This document shows, one piece after another, positions 60,795-64,000 of a stretch of 64,000 nt of DNA; position 1 is the stretch's first letter, and every line of letters begins with the position of its first letter. This DNA comes from Albugo candida. Lineage: Eukaryota. The translations under genes and the position numbers were made by a program. The stretch is taken from assembly GCA_040437565.1 (NCBI GenBank), contig JBDOQK010000025.1, positions 62,001 through 126,000 on the forward strand, given 5' to 3'. The notes beneath the pieces were generated by a model, which saw only the letters and a program-made list of their open reading frames with translations, did not search any database and had not been told where the DNA came from.

Positions 60795-62612
60795 ATGGTT
60801 GAGATTTGCGAGTCAAGTGGAAGTACCGAGTATCAAATCACATGGGAAGGTGGTGATCTTGGTATTGCATTAATCCCTCTCGAAAAAGGCTCTGGAGTTG
60901 CATGCAGTCGTCTTACGAAGAAAGGATTTCCGATCGGCATCGAGCGTGTAAGCTGTGGAGATATTCTGCTGCTGATAAATGCAATCGATACGACCAACAT
61001 GACGTTTAATGATGTCGTCGCTCAGCTTCAGACTTGCGATTTACCAGCAACCCTCACATTTCGGAAGCCAACACTAGAAGCGGGTGATGCAATTGCACGC
61101 GGCGTGTCACAAGATAATGAATTGGACGGGAAGCGAAGCTTGCAGGGACCCACGAGTCCGCTTGGGTCGACTCCCTCACAACAGTATACTCAAAAGAAAA
61201 AAGGAAAAGGCTTTCGACCTTCTTCCCTATTTTACAAACCATCATTCACCATTCCAGCATTATCGGATGGGTTACGACCTAGTGGTAAGGTCATTGCGGA
61301 TGCTGATTCAGACGAGCTGAATTTTCTCAAAGATCTTGCCGATGCAAAGAAAGCCGTGGAGTCTGATGAGAATTTAGGAAAAGCGTCAGTCGTATCGAAT
61401 GAATTGGACGCAGAATCTTTTCACTCAACTGTATCCGAGGAAGCTAAAGAGCACACAGTTGCAAACTTGGATTTTGCTGAGGAAAATCGCCCTCGAATTT
61501 CGTCCGTTGAGTCTCAAAAAAGCGATGAGAGTGAGTTATTAGATATGGATCAGCCAAGAGAAGTGAGTTATGGTTCACCAGCGTCGAGTCATATGTTACC
61601 GTCTACACTATCGCTTCCTCCTCCTGTTCCGGTCGATGCGTTGAGAGACACACAAGGAAAGAAGACGCGGACTCTTTTACAAGAGTTATGTTCGAAAGGA
61701 GATGTGCGTGGCGTCGAGCTATATGATCGAGCAAATGGATTGGCGAAATTGATGGATCGTGAAGCTAAATTCGGCCAATCCAGTCTCCATCTAGCCGTAA
61801 AGAGTGGCAATCTTTCGTTGGTGAAATATATCGTGCAACATTATAATCCAATCAGCGAGGCGATCAAAACTCCAGATGAGAAAGGCAACACACCACTTCA
61901 TTTTGCTGCGACCAAATGTCCCGGGATGGTGTTACTCTTGCTACAAAACGGAGCCTGTGCGAGTGTTCCCAACGCACATATGTTAACCCCTTTAATCATA
62001 TCAGTCATCAAAAAGCCGGAGGATAACGTTATTATATCCCGGATGCTGTTGAAGTATGGAGCCAACCCAAACGATGTGTATGAAAACCAAACCATCATTC
62101 ACACCGCGATAGATATGCAGAAGACACAAACGGCCGGAGTGCTGGTACATGCTGGTGCAAAATTGGACTTTCTAGACACACTTGGACGCAACGTGTTCGA
62201 AAAAGTCGACCGTGGAACACTACGATTTCTTATTGCGCAAATCTATTTCCCTCCAAACGTCATCAGCAGTAAAGTACAGAAAGTGTGCATGCTTTGTAAT
62301 CAAAAACCAGCATTTACACAGCGTAAAGTTAACTGCACACATTGTGGACGCATTTGCTGTCCCGAGTGTGCTCCTTTAAGCACGAGCAGTCACCGGTTTC
62401 CATTAGGGTTCCCAGGGCGCATTCAGTCCGGTGCCGCGAACAACGAACAAAAGCGAGTTTGTAAAACCTGTTATAAGATTTTGAAGGAGAGGGATCCGGA
62501 GCCTAAGAAGGAGCAGAATAGATTTGTCCGACGGGTTATTGGGATCGAGTGGGACGAAGTTAACTCGGAAAAGCTCGTAAAACCTCGCGCAGCCGGACGT
62601 CGTGGCGAATAA
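60795..62612 (+). CDS. PDZ - ankyrin repeat - FYVE-like zinc finger protein, 605 aa
   Basis: PDZ GDLGIAL..GDILLLIN..FNDVVAQL..TLTFRK; ankyrin repeats GQSSLHLAVKSGN, GNTPLHFAA, LLKYGANPN; FYVE-like CMLC..RKVNCTHCGRICCPEC..RVCKTC. Confidence 0.9.
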   Translation: MVEICESSGSTEYQITWEGGDLGIALIPLEKGSGVACSRLTKKGFPIGIERVSCGDILLLINAIDTTNMTFNDVVAQLQTCDLPATLTFRKPTLEAGDAIARGVSQDNELDGKRSLQGPTSPLGSTPSQQYTQKKKGKGFRPSSLFYKPSFTIPALSDGLRPSGKVIADADSDELNFLKDLADAKKAVESDENLGKASVVSNELDAESFHSTVSEEAKEHTVANLDFAEENRPRISSVESQKSDESELLDMDQPREVSYGSPASSHMLPSTLSLPPPVPVDALRDTQGKKTRTLLQELCSKGDVRGVELYDRANGLAKLMDREAKFGQSSLHLAVKSGNLSLVKYIVQHYNPISEAIKTPDEKGNTPLHFAATKCPGMVLLLLQNGACASVPNAHMLTPLIISVIKKPEDNVIISRMLLKYGANPNDVYENQTIIHTAIDMQKTQTAGVLVHAGAKLDFLDTLGRNVFEKVDRGTLRFLIAQIYFPPNVISSKVQKVCMLCNQKPAFTQRKVNCTHCGRICCPECAPLSTSSHRFPLGFPGRIQSGAANNEQKRVCKTCYKILKERDPEPKKEQNRFVRRVIGIEWDEVNSEKLVKPRAAGRRGE

Positions 62613-62729
62613 GCCACAGTGTTTATGGCNNNNNNNNNNNNNNNNNNNNNNNNNNNNNNNNNNNNNNNNNNNNNNNNNNNNNNNNNNNNNNNNNNNNNNN
62701 NNNNNNNNNNNNNNNNNNNNNNNNNNNNN

Positions 62730-63159
62730 AGAAAGTGGTTGGGTGGAGCTATCTGCGTCTTTATATATGCCTTCCGTATTACCGTATCTACACACACGTG
62801 TCAAGGTGATCTCAGCTAGATCTGATTTTGAGTGTTTATATCCCGATTCTCCTCTTCGGTGGAAAGTTGAAGCTTTTAATCAAGAAATATTTCCAATCTG
62901 GGAAACACTGGATTCGATATGCTCATTACCAAAGCAGATTATCTCGGTCGGAGACGGACCAACTGAGCGAGAAGCTCTAATTAGTCTGAAAGGAAAAGCA
63001 AAAATAAATTGCCATGGTAAATCAATGAAACTTCTTCCTGCCCCCAAATTGAAGGAACTTTGTATGGAACTGGAGATTATCTTGTCGAATATGGATCAGC
63101 TCTGTACCTATGAAGGAGACTTGGATCTACAAATCTCATGGGACTCTATACACATGTAG
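62730..63159 (+). CDS. Partial (5' end in gap) HAD-superfamily protein of the 'Swiss Army Knife'-like protist family
   Basis: ESGWVELSA, VISARS, WKVEAF, IISVGDGPTEREA, KSMKL..P..L, DLDL. Confidence 0.7.
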
Positions 63160-63375
63160 GCGTTTGGAGTGGAGGAATTTGCCAACGTTACAAATCATTT
63201 GTACTTAGATATATACGTATAGTATCCTGATGGAAAATAATTTGATTGTAAACTTTTAATGTGTCAAACGGTTATGGATGCGGTTGTATTGAAATACTTG
63301 TAGTGGGTTTAAAATCGCTCTTTATTTTGTTTTTTGTTACGTGAATCACCCATCTGCAACCTGCACCGCGATCTC

Positions 63376-63888
63376 CTAATTGGCAGCGGCCAGCGCTGCT
63401 GCCAACGCTTGGTGAGTTTCTAGTCCGATTTGTGCGTCGATTTTCTCTGCGCTTCCATCGGCTGCAGTAGCCACAATCGATTTGTACTTGCTCAGACCGG
63501 CTTCAGCTGCATCTCGATCAATATCATCCAATTTGACCAATTCAACACATGCAATATCTGTAACCGAATCGGCATGGGTAAATGCGAACCCACCCGCAGT
63601 GAAGAATGTTTGTACATCTTTTTCCCGTTCCAAGTGTACTTTGATAAGACCAGGTTTCATCTGAGAAATGATTGGCGTATGGCCAGCAGTGACACCGTAC
63701 TCACCAACGGCTCCAGGAATTTGGATAAGATCCACTTTGGTTTCTTTGAATATACATTGATAAGGTGTCGAAAGATTCAAAGTGACTTTTTGAGGGGTAG
63801 AAGTCGTTGTCGAGGCTTCCGCCGCACGGCAGGAAACTGCATTGTGGAAAGCACGTTTGACGATCGCTCGGGATTTATGAAGCAACAT
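63376..63888 (-). CDS. ATP5F1D: Mitochondrial F1-ATP synthase delta subunit
   Basis: Transit peptide; LNLSTPY, IPGAVGEYGVTAGHTPIISQMKPG, FFTAGGFA, DAQIGLE. Confidence 0.95.
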   Translation of the reverse strand: MLLHKSRAIVKRAFHNAVSCRAAEASTTTSTPQKVTLNLSTPYQCIFKETKVDLIQIPGAVGEYGVTAGHTPIISQMKPGLIKVHLEREKDVQTFFTAGGFAFTHADSVTDIACVELVKLDDIDRDAAEAGLSKYKSIVATAADGSAEKIDAQIGLETHQALAAALAAAN

Positions 63889-64000
63889 TATTGGGGGAAT
63901 GCCGCCGAATTAAAGTATGCGGCTAATATATACCGGTATTATACCGAAGTTATGCATTCAAGAAGTTTGCGATTTATATATCAAATTATCTAGGAAAGTT

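Overview
Eukaryotic scaffold, inferred to be an oomycete and probably Albugo-like (compact genes, 51-59 nt introns, oomycete-type Ty1/copia gag, oomycete-style domain fusions). It is broken by 24 placeholder gaps of exactly 100 N, and many gaps are flanked by an exact duplicate of adjacent sequence, so the apparent internal repeats in several ORFs are assembly artefacts. Bases 1-8.6 kb hold decayed, intron-retaining gene copies (kinesin-1 split by an insertion with a 16-bp direct repeat, an LRR/TPR gene, SNRNP27). Bases 9.3-22 kb are a nest of degenerate copia retrotransposons. Bases 22.7-53 kb are a dense gene block: XMAP215/CKAP5, TRAP1, an HTH protein, a TPR protein, a secreted sphingomyelinase-like EEP enzyme, a profilin-like protein, RFC3, MetRS, a coiled-coil protein, SPOUT1 and a voltage-sensor/ion-channel-like adenylyl cyclase. 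Bases 53-60.8 kb are gene-poor. The window ends with a PDZ-ankyrin-FYVE protein, a partial HAD-like gene and the F1-ATPase delta subunit. The most notable item is the channel-cyclase fusion, in which the conserved catalytic Asn is replaced by Glu. All family calls come from motif recognition, not database searches.
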